Assembly (NCBI GenBank): GCA_943372995.1
Contig: CALSAQ010000003.1
Span: 297,443 to 329,442, forward strand
Length of the DNA: 32,000 nt
Reading direction: 5' to 3'
Origin: Sphingobacterium thalpophilum
GTDB lineage: Bacteria; Bacteroidota; Bacteroidia; Sphingobacteriales; Sphingobacteriaceae
Made by a program: the position numbers and the translations under genes
Notes under the pieces: model-generated
Database searches by the model: none
The model's input: only the letters and a program-made list of their open reading frames with translations
Told to the model about the DNA's origin: nothing
Shown: piece by piece, positions 1-10,125 of the stretch
Layout of the letters: the number at the start of each line of letters is the position of its first letter
Position numbering within the stretch: the stretch's first letter is position 1

Positions 1-3000
1 CCAGCAAAATCATCTACTAAAGTATTGTTGTAGAATGCAACATTACCACTTGTGCTATTGTACAAACCATAGTGAGTACCACTATTATTTAATGCATATA
101 ACAAATTGTTTTTAACAATACTTTGTTTACCAACTTGCGCAGCACTAGTTGCAAAACCAATACCATACATTGCACTAGTATTCGTATTTAACAATTCGAA
201 TAAGTGATGTATTTTATTTTTCTCAACAATAATATCTTGTGATGCACCTCCACAATAAATACCATAGGTAGTGGTAGTAGCTGTTTGACCTGGACGAGAA
301 ATATCGTTACCCATAATATAAGTACTATCTGCATACATATTATAAATACCGTACGAATAGAAGTCTTTTATTACGTTATTTTTTAGAATATTTCCTTTGT
401 TTAATGCATTACCACCCGATGCACCGTACACACTAATACCATAGTAACCACCAGTAATTAAATTATTTTCAATTCTGTTGTATGATGAATTACTTGCTGA
501 TGTTGGTGAATTTGGTGTACCTACAAACATTATTCCACCGAAGCTATTCGAAGTAGCTGCAATAGAGTGATATTGTCCGTTGGTGATGGTATTGTAGTTT
601 GCATTATTTCCAATAACTAATGCATAACCTACTGATGAAGCAACACTAACATTAGCATAAATACTATCTAAGGTTAAGTACTTCGTTCCGTTTAATCTTA
701 TTAAATGACGTTCTTCTGTATTTGCAAGTGTTCCTGTAATTACAGATCCTCTACCTCTAACGATAATGGTATTGGTACTGCTTGCTCCGTCGATATTTCC
801 AAAAGAGACCTGACCATCATAAGGACCAGCAGCTGGGTTCATAATAAACTCAACTGGACCACAAACCCCACCTGCATTTAACGTATTTACAGCAGCAACA
901 AGTGAAGGGAAGTTTGCACCTACACCTCCAATAGTATATGTACCTGATAATGCTGTTGTAAAATTATTGATTAATAATGTATCGTTAGTTGGATTAGCAT
1001 CTACAAATCCATTAGGAGAAGATGTCCAGAATTTCAAAGTATATGCTTGTCCCTGTAAGAAGTTGTAATTCCCTAAAGTAACGGTAGTTGAAGCCGTAGA
1101 TGCCAAACTACCTGAGAAATTATATACAGGTTGTGCTACACCATTAACCGACCAATTAACATCAACACTAGAAAGAATATTTGCACTAGAATTCAAAATA
1201 TTAACACTCACTGGATTTACACCGGCACATACTGATGCAAAACCTAATGAGCTAACACTAGCGTCTTCACCAACTGCGGTAAATTCGTAAGCACCAATAT
1301 CTGGAGTAACTCCACGTACAGAATCCATGATATCTGTAGTTACTTCAGTAAGATAAATCCCTTTATTATCAAACCCACCAGAGAATGGTCTGAAAATACC
1401 TGAACTTGCTAAATTGAATAATGGGTTAATATCTATACTGTTTTGATCGTAGATATTTGAATTGGATGCTTTCCAATCGGCCAAAGTATTGTAGTTACTT
1501 ACAAAGTACGATACCGCATTCACACCAACTCCATTAATAATATAGAAGTTATTGTAATCTGACTCGAATGAAGATGTTGATGTTGTCCAATACATCCCTA
1601 TTCTATTTGCAGAACCTGGGCGAGTAATTACAAAATTATTATTTTTTAATTTCACTCCAATTGCAGCTGTAGAAGTTTGTAAAAATCCGTTCACTACAGC
1701 AGAAGATTGAGCAGTATCATTCATTACAACAGTATTGTGGTAATAGTAAATACTATCGCTACCATTATTAGCTAAACCATAATGTGCTCCCTGTCCATTG
1801 AAATTATAAATCACGTTATTTTTAATAATAGAGCTACCAGGAGCAGCATCACTTGATGCTGTATATATACCATACGAAGCTGACGTAGATGTTAAATTAC
1901 CATCAAAAGGATTATGTATTTTATTTTTTTCTACAAGTAATTTAAATGAATTTGTTGAATTATAAATTCCATAGAACGTACTTGATGTTGATCTTGTAGG
2001 GCGAGATATATCGTTGCCTGAAACAATTAAACTATCTACCCCTACAGTAAATAGTGAGTAAATATAACTATCGTAAATTTTATTATTTCTGATTACGTTA
2101 CCCTTACAAGATGCTGAATTAGTTGATGTACCATAAATTACCATGGTATAGTATCCATTGTAAATGGTGTTGTTTTCTATAGTATTAAAACTCATGTCTA
2201 ATCCAGCCGTTGATGGAGATGATTCTGAACCAGAAAATACGATACCACCATAATTTGTGCTTGACGAATTTGGAATGGTTTTAATAATATTTCTCTTTAT
2301 TGTATTATGATTAGAACCTGATAATACATGAATAGGGAATCCATAAGTTGAACTAGGATTCATTTCCAATATAAAACTATCAATAGTTACATAATCTGTT
2401 CCTCTTAATTTAAATAATTGTCGTGATGAAGTAGTTGTTGCATTATAAGTAACAAGCGCACCATTACCATTAAATACTATTTTGCTAGTATCAGATGTTC
2501 CTGCAACTGCATTTAAAGTAACTTGTTCGTTGTAAGGTCCAGCAGTTGGGTTCACATTAAATGTTACGTTACCACAGACACCATAATTATTCAAATCGTT
2601 TGCTGCTGCCGAAAGTGTTGGATAGTTTGCACCTACACCTCCGATTGTGTACACCCCTCTTAATCCAGTTCTAATATTGTTTGCGTACAGAGTATCGTTC
2701 AAAGGATTTGGATCTGTTACACCATTAGGTAAAGAAGACCAAACTTTAAGACTATAAGAATTACCAACTACGAAGTTAATATTACCTAATATTAATGAAG
2801 TATCGGCACCAGTAGCTAAACTACCAGAATAAGCAATCATGGTTTGTGGAACACCATTTAATGTCCAATGAATATTTACTGAAGTAAGTGCATTAGCTCC
2901 TAAAGACCTTAATTTTACTGCAATTGGATTATTACCTGCGCAAACAGATCCTACTTCAAAACTTGTAATAGCAGCATCGTCATTTACAGGAGTAAATTCG

Positions 3001-6000
3001 TATGCTCCCATATCTGGTGTTGTTAAACTTCTAGCGTTTCCTAATATATCACTAGTCACATTCGCTAGTGGAGTACCCAAATCGTTAATCGCTGGAGAGG
3101 CAGGCATAAAGTTACCTATGCTTCTGTAAGGGAAAATTGGGTTTACACTTATACTGTTAGGATCGAATGTTGCGTTAACCGCTTGCCAATCTGCAAGAGT
3201 TGCTCGAGCTGATGAATTGTAACCTACATTTCCTGTAGGTACATAAAGATTATTGTAATTAGTTAATAACGGCGTAGCGGCTGTAACCATGTAAATTCCA
3301 TACTTAGTTCCAGATCCAGTTTTAGAAATTACAAAATTATTGTTTTTCAATTCGATACTATCCGCTGAACCAGTTTGGTAAAAACCATAGGCTGTACCAG
3401 CAGTTGCTTGATGATCTAAGATAATTGTATTATGATAATATTGAACATTTCCACTCGTAGAATTGTACATACCATAATGAGTACCACTGCTATTAATATT
3501 ATATACTAAATTATTTCTCACTATGGTTTTCTTCCCTACTTGTGCAGCTCCTGTCGATAAATGCAATGCATACAATGCACCTGTTCCAGAAGGATCCTGA
3601 TCGAACATGTTGTGAATTTTATTTTTCTCAATCAACAAGTTTTGTGAAGCACCAAGAATATATGTTGCGTAGGTAGTTGACGACATTTGAGTAGCATTCG
3701 GACGAGAAATATCGTTTCCAATTATCTGCGTTCCATCAGCATAATAATGGTATAGACCATAGTAGTAGAAATCTTGAATCTTATTATCCTTCAAAATGTT
3801 TCCAGCTGTAAGTGCATTACTACCGCTAGTTCCATAAACCGTAATTCCATAATAACCTCCAATAATGGTATTATTCTCAATTAAATTAAATCTCGAATTA
3901 GATGCAGTGCTAATTGAACCTGGAGCACCAATTACTAAACCAGCATAATTCGAGGAGCCTACATTAATTGATTTTAATACTGAATTTCTAATAATATTAT
4001 TGTCTGATGTATTAGTTATCACCACTGGGTATCCATAGGTAGATGTAGGATCCACTTCAATGGTTAAACTATCGATAATAATATAATCAGCATTGTTTAA
4101 TGTAAGAACTCCACGATCTGCTGAAGCTGTAATTACTGTTGTTAATAAAGCTTCATTACCTTTAAAGGTTACTGTATTTGTTGAGCTTGCTCCTGGTACA
4201 GTAGTGATGGTTACTTTCTCTTCGTACGGACCATCTGAAGCATTTACACTAAATACTACAGGGCCACATACTCCTCGAGATAATAAATCGCTAACTGCAG
4301 CATTGAAACTTGTGTAGTTTGCAGGTGTATTACCAATGGTATATGTTCCTGCTAAACCTGTTAAAATATTTAGTTTTTGAGTACTATCGTTTAATGTGTT
4401 TTCATCTGCAAGTCCATTTGGTAATGTAGACCATACTTTAATATTGTAAACTGTATTAGATACTCCTACGAATGACCCGATAGTAATAATACTATCTTTA
4501 TTCTTAGGCATTGCACCTGTGAAATTAAATGGAGTTTGAACAACATTATTCACCGACCAGTTAACTACTAAAGAACTCAATGTTGCTGTTCCTTTATTTT
4601 TAATTTTTACAGGAACTGGATTACTACCATTACAAACAATATTTGGACCTTCTATAGACATTACCTCTGCATCATTTACAGTAGGCGTAAACTCAAATGC
4701 ACCGATATCTGGTGTAACACTACGAGTAGTTCCATTGTAGTCTTTTGTAACTGCTGCAATTGGAGTTGCTGCATTGTTTAATACCGAACTATTCGGTACA
4801 AAATTATTTTTTTGTAATGACCTGTATTCTGGATCAACACTGAAACCGTTTTGATCATATGCATTTGAATTGGCTGCTTTCCAATCGGCAAGTGTTGCTT
4901 TTGCAGAACTATAATAACCCACGTTACCACTTGTTGCATTGATGTAATAGTTGTTATAATCTGCTGTAACACCTGGAGGGTTGGTTGCTAAATAAATACC
5001 ATATTTTACAGATGAACCACCACGTGTAATAGAGAAAGTATTATTTTTCACTTCAATATTTGAGGTTCCACCAGTTTGATAAAAACCATAAGCTGATCCT
5101 GTAGTAGAAGTTTTATTATCTAATGAAATAGTATTATTATAAAATCTTATATAGCTAGATGTTCCACCTGCATATAATCCATAATGACCACCTGATCCCG
5201 CAAAATTGTACACTACGTTATTCGTAACAATTGCTTCTCTACCCGCCGAGTGAGGGCAATTTGTGAAATATATACCATAAGGCGATTGAGTAGTACTTGG
5301 ATTTGCATTAAATGCATCGTGAATATTATTTCCATCAATTTTTGTACTTCCACTTACTCCATTACAATATACCCCAACAAAGTTTACAGAAGTAACACGA
5401 GTTGATCTCGACATTTCATTTTTACTTACCTCTGCACTATCTTGGTTGAATAAAGAAACACTATAATGGTATGGATCATACATTTTATTTCCAATAATTC
5501 TATTCGCTCTAGTTAATGCATTTGAACCCGCAACACCATAAATATTAATGTTGTAATATCCACCATAAATGGTGTTATTTTCGATTAAGTTACCGACAAA
5601 CAAACCACCAGTAGAATTTAATACTGAAGTAGAACCTGTAAGAGTAATACCAGTATAATTTTGTGTGATGATGTCGTTATTTAAATTGATAATGTTATTA
5701 GTGATTTTATTATAATCGGAATTAGTTCCTAAGAATATACCCCATCCGTAATTAGTTGCTCCATAAGCAGGAGTAATTACAAAGCTGTCGATTGTTACAT
5801 AGTCTGATCCATTTAAATAAAATCCGTAACGAACAACTGATGATATAGAGCTAAAATTCAATGCAGATCCATGTCCAAGAACACGTACAGTATTTACAGC
5901 ACTTGTTCCTACGATTTGATCGAATCTTACCTGCTCGTTATAAGGACCAGCATTTTTATTTACATCAATAATTACAGGGCCACACACACCACGATTATTT

Positions 6001-8150
6001 AAATCGGTTGCTGCTTCAGAAATCGTTTGATACCTAGCTCCTACACCACCAACGGTATATGTACCATTCATCGCCGATTTATAATTGATATTTTTAATCG
6101 TATCGTTTGAGTTTCTATTATCAGCAACGGTATTCGGTAAACTCGACCAAGCATGAATTGTATATGCAGTATCTAAACCTATAGATTGTAAACCTACATA
6201 TACCATGGTATCTTGACCAGATCCTAAATTCCCAGTATAATTAAATGGTGTTCTTGGGATTCCATCTACTGTCCAATTAATTTGTGCTGATGTTAAATCA
6301 TTAGCTCCAAAGTTTTTCAAACGGAAGCCTATAGGGTTATTACCCGCACAAGATCCATTAACTAACGTCATTGCAATAATTCCAGCATCGTTTAATATAG
6401 GAGTAAATTCATAAGCACCAGGATCCGGATTGGTTGCATTTCTTGCTACCCCATTAATATCCTCTGTTACTTGAGGAATTGGTGTTCCGATATTATTCAA
6501 ATCAAATGAGTTTGGAGTAAAGTCACCTGCGAGTACATTGGCAAATAATGCACGAGCGCTCACAGAGTTCTGATCCCACATATTTGAGTTTGCCGTTTTC
6601 CAATTTGCTAAAGTGACAAATGGAGTTGATACAAAATATCCAATATTTCTTTGTCCTGCTTTACCTACGGTTGTATCAACATATATATTATTATAGTTGA
6701 TTGTAGCCGTAACATCTGCAGTATTTACAAAAACACCATGTTTATTCCCGTTACCTGCTTTAGAAATAACAATATTATTGTTTAAGTATTTTACTCCAGT
6801 AGCTGCTGCGGTAGTATAAATACCAACCGCACCTCCTGCAGTTGCATTCGGGTTATCAATATGTACTGTATTATTAAAATACCAAATACTATCACTATTA
6901 TTTGTATGGAAACCATACTGAGTACCATTACCTCTTAAATTATATGCAAGATTATTTCTAAGGATCATTTCTTTCCCTGCTCTTGCATCGTTACCTGTAA
7001 CAAAGAACGCATAGAAATTGGATGTAGAAGTAGGGACTTGGAAGAACACATCGTGTACTCTGTTTTTTTCTACTAACATCGATTGGTTATGTGTGGTAAA
7101 GTACATTCCGTAATTACCAGCATAGGTTAATCTATTAGGTTTCGATATATCGTTAGAAACGATTTGTGTACTATCTGTTGCTGCGGCATATACCCCATAC
7201 AAATAATGATCTTGTATCGTATTGTTTCTAATTATATTTCCTTTAGACAAATGTTGAGAACCATTTGTTCCAACTAATGCCACACCAGCATATCCACCTC
7301 TAATTAAATTATTCTCAATAATATTATAGCTCGCATTAGTAGCCACAATATAGTTTGCACTCGAACCCGTAAAACTAATTGCAGAAAAATCTACAGTAGT
7401 AGTATTCGGATCCATTAATATCTGACAGTTTTTTATTCTATTATAATTTGCACCATTACCTATTACTACAGGTAAACAATACAATGATGTTTCTTCGTAT
7501 GTAATTGTGAAATTATCGAACGTAGTATAGTCTGTACCATTTAAAAACACAATATGTTTATTGTTTACTTTACTTGAATTAATGGTATCAATAATAGTTG
7601 CACCATTACCATTAAATACAATAGTATTCGTTGCACTTGCACCAAGAATTTCTTTTAGTTCAATCTGACCAATGTATGGACCTTCTAATGGGTCCACATT
7701 AAATACTACAGGACCGCAAACACCTCTTTCATTTAAGTCTTTTACAGCTGCAAGTAAGTTTGGATAATTTGCTGTTAAGCCACCAATAGTATAAGTTCCT
7801 GCTGATAATGCAGGACCATCAGCATGATATAAAATTGTATCATTTGCTGGAAATTTATCGGCAACACCATTAGGTAAGTTAGTCCATGCTTTTATATCTA
7901 TAGGTTGACCCACAGGGAAATTAATTGAACCTATTGCTACAGTTGCGCTTGCATTCGTAGCTAAAGAACCATTATATACAAAAGGTGCTTGTGCAACACC
8001 ATTGATTGTCCAATTTACATCTACAGAAGTAATGGTATTAACACCTAAGTTTTTTATACGGATACGTACCGAATCTGACCCACCAGCACATATACCTTTA
8101 TGTGGTACAATTTGATCGATAGTTGCATTTAGCGAATAATTAAAATCAAT
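1..8150 (-). repeat. Intragenic tandem repeat of a module of about 1.70-1.72 kb: 4 full copies plus 1 partial copy at the window edge. The copies are diverged at the DNA level.
   Basis: The module-end motif P-D-x-G-A-[YF]-E-F recurs on the minus strand at 1281-1304 (PDIGAYEF), 2994-3017 (PDMGAYEF), 4689-4712 (PDIGAFEF) and 6406-6429 (PDPGAYEF). The spacings are 1713, 1695 and 1717 nt. After each motif comes a CARDB-like stretch (xCAGxNPIxxxxKNxGxNxLTSxxxNWTVxG), then GTYT[IV]GG...GVCGPV, then the beta-helix rungs. Confidence 0.85.
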
Positions 8151-8846
8151 ACGCAATTGAGGGTGATTCACACTCGATGTACCTAGGGTTGCTGCAGGAG
8201 TACTACCCGCTGTTGAACTAGCATATTTAACCTGATTAGTAGCATAATCAGGAACACCTGTTTGTGTATCGTAAATCCAAGTCACTGCCGTTGATGCAGA
8301 TGTTTGAATGTATTCTACATACACCGCAATATTTCCACCTGTATAGTTGAATGGACTTGTAAAAGAAAAAGTTTTAAATCCACTTGTACTACCTAGTATA
8401 GAATTTGGATTCCCATCAAACACTAAAGTTGCTGTTGCAATTTCTGTAGCCCATGTTAAACTTCCACTCCCGAAATTTGCTAAGCCTGTATTTTTAATAT
8501 ACATCTTAAAATTTGGAGATCCAGTTGGAGCCGTAGTTACTGCTTTTCGAAATGCTAAAGCAACAATTTGATCTCCATTAGTTAATCCAGGAAACAATGT
8601 TGATGGATAAATATATGCTGTACGATTATAACGTGCAGCAGTTGTTCCACAGTTCATTGGTCCATATGTTACAGAAGCAGTTGATGTTCCGGAAGGACCA
8701 ATAGTAATACTTGTTTGTGAATAACCATTACGATTAACAAGCAGTACCATTAATGATAACAACAGTAATTTTAATGAAAACTCATATAGAGTTTTTAGCG
8801 ATAAGTAGCCGACCTTAGCGGTAGCTGAGCGTAGTGCTTTTTCCAT
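1..8846 (-). CDS. Giant secreted/cell-surface repeat protein. The 5' end is complete and the 3' end runs off the left window edge (more than 2948 codons visible). It has a signal peptide, a unique N-terminal domain of about 230 aa, and at least 5 tandem modules of about 570 aa (CARDB/Ig-like domain plus right-handed parallel beta-helix).
   Basis: The start ATG appears as 'cat' at 8844-8846 on the + strand. Hand translation gives MEKALRSATAKVGYLSLKTLYEFSLKLLLLSLMVLLVNRNGYSQTSITIGPSG.... I hand-translated 8846 to about 5900 and 1310 to 1 with no stops. The codon phase of the start (8846) agrees with the last full codon at 5..3 (GCT). The ORF track appears to list only ORFs with both a start and a stop in the window; an ORF starting at 8846 would be listed if it terminated here, and it is not. 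Beta-helix rung motifs recur (NNxIxxN, GxYGIY, NNTI), and each module ends in PD[IMP]GA[YF]EF. Confidence 0.85.
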   Translation of the reverse strand, partial: MEKALRSATAKVGYLSLKTLYEFSLKLLLLSLMVLLVNRNGYSQTSITIGPSGTSTASVTYGPMNCGTTAARYNRTAYIYPSTLFPGLTNGDQIVALAFRKAVTTAPTGSPNFKMYIKNTGLANFGSGSLTWATEIATATLVFDGNPNSILGSTSGFKTFSFTSPFNYTGGNIAVYVEYIQTSASTAVTWIYDTQTGVPDYATNQVKYASSTAGSTPAATLGTSSVNHPQLRIDFNYSLNATIDQIVPHKGICAGGSDSVRIRIKNLGVNTITSVDVNWTINGVAQAPFVYNGSLATNASATVAIGSINFPVGQPIDIKAWTNLPNGVADKFPANDTILYHADGPALSAGTYTIGGLTANYPNLLAAVKDLNERGVCGPVVFNVDPLEGPYIGQIELKEILGASATNTIVFNGNGATIIDTINSSKVNNKHIVFLNGTDYTTFDNFTITYEETSLYCLPVVIGNGANYNRIKNCQILMDPNTTTVDFSAISFTGSSANYIVATNASYNIIENNLIRGGYAGVALVGTNGSQHLSKGNIIRNNTIQDHYLYGVYAAATDSTQIVSNDISKPNRLTYAGNYGMYFTTHNQSMLVEKNRVHDVFFQVPTSTSNFYAFFVTGNDARAGKEMILRNNLAYNLRGNGTQYGFHTNNSDSIWYFNNTVHIDNPNATAGGAVGIYTTAAATGVKYLNNNIVISKAGNGNKHGVFVNTADVTATINYNNIYVDTTVGKAGQRNIGYFVSTPFVTLANWKTANSNMWDQNSVSARALFANVLAGDFTPNSFDLNNIGTPIPQVTEDINGVARNATNPDPGAYEFTPILNDAGIIAMTLVNGSCAGNNPIGFRLKNFGANDLTSAQINWTVDGIPRTPFNYTGNLGSGQDTMVYVGLQSIGLDTAYTIHAWSSLPNTVADNRNSNDTIKNINYKSAMNGTYTVGGVGARYQTISEAATDLNNRGVCGPVIIDVNKNAGPYNEQVRFDQIVGTSAVNTVRVLGHGSALNFSSISSVVRYGFYLNGSDYVTIDSFVITPAYGATNYGWGIFLGTNSDYNKITNNIINLNNDIITQNYTGITLTGSTSVLNSTGGLFVGNLIENNTIYGGYYNINIYGVAGSNALTRANRIIGNKMYDPYHYSVSLFNQDSAEVSKNEMSRSTRVTSVNFVGVYCNGVSGSTKIDGNNIHDAFNANPSTTQSPYGIYFTNCPHSAGREAIVTNNVVYNFAGSGGHYGLYAGGTSSYIRFYNNTISLDNKTSTTGSAYGFYQTGGTSNIEVKNNTFSITRGGSSVKYGIYLATNPPGVTADYNNYYINATSGNVGYYSSAKATLADWKAANSNAYDQNGFSVDPEYRSLQKNNFVPNSSVLNNAATPIAAVTKDYNGTTRSVTPDIGAFEFTPTVNDAEVMSIEGPNIVCNGSNPVPVKIKNKGTATLSSLVVNWSVNNVVQTPFNFTGAMPKNKDSIITIGSFVGVSNTVYNIKVWSTLPNGLADENTLNDSTQKLNILTGLAGTYTIGNTPANYTSFNAAVSDLLSRGVCGPVVFSVNASDGPYEEKVTITTVPGASSTNTVTFKGNEALLTTVITASADRGVLTLNNADYIIIDSLTIEVDPTSTYGYPVVITNTSDNNIIRNSVLKSINVGSSNYAGLVIGAPGSISTASNSRFNLIENNTIIGGYYGITVYGTSGSNALTAGNILKDNKIQDFYYYGLYHYYADGTQIIGNDISRPNATQMSSTTYATYILGASQNLLIEKNKIHNMFDQDPSGTGALYALHLSTGAAQVGKKTIVRNNLVYNINSSGTHYGMYNSTSGNVQYYHNTIILDHQATAGTAYGFYQTGSADSIELKNNNFVISKTGSGTKYGIYMVTAATPLLTNYNNLYVPTGNVGYNSSARATLADWQAVNATFDPNSISVNPIFPYRSIGNFMPASPAINDLGTPLANVTSDILGNARSLTTPDMGAYEFTPVNDDAAITSFEVGSVCAGNNPIAVKLRSLGANALTSVNIHWTLNGVPQTMIAYSGSLATGADTSLILGNINFVVGNSYSLKVWSSLPNGVTDPNPLNDTLYANNIRTGLRGVYTIGGVGANYPTLSAAANDLNNYGVCGNVTFNVNPTAGPYNEQVTLNAVAGTSDTSKIVFNGNGALVTYNATTTSSRQLFKLRGTDYVTIDSFILEMNPSSTYGFPIHVLSGSNHNTIKRNIIKTIPNSSSTNYGGIVFSGSESSPSTAGLDMSFNTIENNTIYNGYYTMVIYGTSTNSASCKGNVIRNNKIYDSYIYSLFTVGVDSLIVSGNDISRPTRSTSSTFYGIYNSTNSFKLLVEKNKIHNPFDGNLTSTSASYGIYTASSDAAPGSSIIKNNVIYNFNGQGAHYGLANNGSDSIYYYHNTVVMNDTAQSSAVVNGFLQTSTAAIGVKLKNNNFVITRPGSANRIGMYWTTSTSSFESDYNNFYIINGVGVNAVSYFVSNYNTLADWKASNSNIYDQNSIDINPLFNLASSGIFRPFSGGFDNKGIYLTEVTTDIMDSVRGVTPDIGAYEFTAVGEDASVSSLGFASVCAGVNPVSVNILNSSANILSSVDVNWSVNGVAQPVYNFSGSLASTASTTVTLGNYNFLQGQAYTLKFWTSSPNGFVDANPTNDTLLINNFTTALSGTYTIGGVGANFPSLVAAVNTLNAGGVCGPVEFIMNPAAGPYDGQVSFGNIDGASSTNTIIVRGRGSVITGTLANTEERHLIRLNGTKYLTLDSIYANVSVASSVGYALVIGNNANYNTITNGQYHSIAATSNSFGGIMFVGTPNSPTSASNSSYNRIENNLITGGYYGISVYGASGGNALNKGNILKNNVIKDFYSYGIYNMYADSTYIMGNDISRPGQTATTTTYGIYCGGASQDIIVEKNKIHHLFELLNTNTSAMYGIGFATSAAQVGKQSIVKNNLLYALNNSGTHYGLYNSTSGNVAFYNNTLVDDFA

Positions 8847-9132
8847 ATTGTAGTATAAACTTTTTAGAAGTACTTACTAATATAGAGCAAAAACTATACT
8901 AATAATAACTATATAATTTAAATTTTTTAGTAAATTTTACCAAAATATTACTATTCTGCCTTTGAACTATTCTGCTATTTATACTAAAAACATGATTTTT
9001 TTATATTGTATTTATAATGAAGTTTAAACATTAAATCATTTTGTGTATGAGGAATATTATATAAATCTTTATGTAACTTTTTAGTTACATAAACTAAAAT
9101 CAAGAGCTCGGATGTTTTATTAATTTTGAGAT

Positions 9133-10125
9133 ATGAAAAAAGTAAGAGTAGCGATAAACGGATTCGGTAGAATTGGACGGGTATATCTAAGAAATGCATT
9201 ATTGAAACCAGAAATTGAAGTAGTTGCTATTAACGATATTACTGATAATAAAACACTAGCTCATCTATTTAAATACGATTCTATCCATAGAGGATTCAAT
9301 GGCTCTATTGAGATTGTTGAAGAGGGTATTGTAATTAATGGACAATTAATAAAAACATTTTCAGAAAAAGATCCAAGTGCATTGCCATGGGCTGAATTAA
9401 ATATAGATGTGGTGATTGAATCTACAGGTAAATTTTTATCTCGAGAAAAAGCGAATCTTCATTTAAGCGCAGGTGCAAAAAAGGTAATCCTCTCAGCCCC
9501 TCCTAACGACAAAGATATTCCAACTATAGTAATTGGAGTAAACGATTATATTTTAAAAGAGAATCATACCATCATTTCAAATGCATCCTGCACTACAAAT
9601 AATGTGGCTCCAATGGTAAAAGTACTCGATGATTTAGGGGAGATAGAAGATGGATACATAACTACTGTACATTCATATACTGGAGATCAGAATTTACACG
9701 ATGCACCTCACAGAGATTTGCGCAGAGCAAGAGCTGCTGCAGTTTCTATGATTCCAACAACTACTGGCGCAGCTAAAGCCATCACTAGCATTTTTCCTCA
9801 TTTAGAAGGTAAGCTTGGTGGGGCGGGAATTAGAGTCCCTGTTCCAAATGGTTCTCTAACCGATTTCACTTGCTTATTAAAAAAAGAAGTAACTGTTGAT
9901 GAAATAAATGAAGCCTTTAAATTAGCCTCTGAAAAAGAATTAAAAGGAATATTAGAATATACAGAAGACCCTATAGTATCTATCGACATACAAGAAAATC
10001 CTCATTCATGTATATTCGATGCTCAACTTACTTCAATTGTTGGCAAACTGGTGAAAGTTGTAGGATGGTACGATAATGAATGGGGTTACTCAAACCGATT
10101 GGTAGAATTAACCATTGTATTTTAA
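9133..10125 (+). CDS. gap: Type I glyceraldehyde-3-phosphate dehydrogenase
   Basis: 330-aa ORF. It has the N-terminal Rossmann motif INGFGRIGR and the catalytic motif SNASCTTN, and is full-length and colinear with the GapA family. Confidence 0.95.
   Translation: MKKVRVAINGFGRIGRVYLRNALLKPEIEVVAINDITDNKTLAHLFKYDSIHRGFNGSIEIVEEGIVINGQLIKTFSEKDPSALPWAELNIDVVIESTGKFLSREKANLHLSAGAKKVILSAPPNDKDIPTIVIGVNDYILKENHTIISNASCTTNNVAPMVKVLDDLGEIEDGYITTVHSYTGDQNLHDAPHRDLRRARAAAVSMIPTTTGAAKAITSIFPHLEGKLGGAGIRVPVPNGSLTDFTCLLKKEVTVDEINEAFKLASEKELKGILEYTEDPIVSIDIQENPHSCIFDAQLTSIVGKLVKVVGWYDNEWGYSNRLVELTIVF

Noticed and set aside
1-8150. Possibility that the regular repeats are a CRISPR array or a mobile-element tandem array
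   Set aside because: The repeat unit is about 1.7 kb, is protein-coding and in frame, and differs between copies. There are no short identical direct repeats with unique spacers and no cas or transposase genes.
4093-8571. Short track ORFs inside the giant gene region (4093-4317 +, 4778-4972 -, 8347-8571 +)
   Set aside because: They lie antisense to or out of frame with the continuous minus-strand reading frame that starts at 8846 (4972 is in a different codon phase). Their products are low-complexity with no motifs. They are shadow ORFs of the giant CDS.
9121-9128. TAATTTTG, a perfect match to the Bacteroidota -7 promoter consensus TAnnTTTG, just upstream of gap
   Set aside because: It ends only 4 nt before the gap ATG, which would imply an essentially leaderless mRNA. 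I found no convincing TTTG -33 element at the expected distance. In DNA this AT-rich such matches are expected by chance, so it is not called as a promoter.
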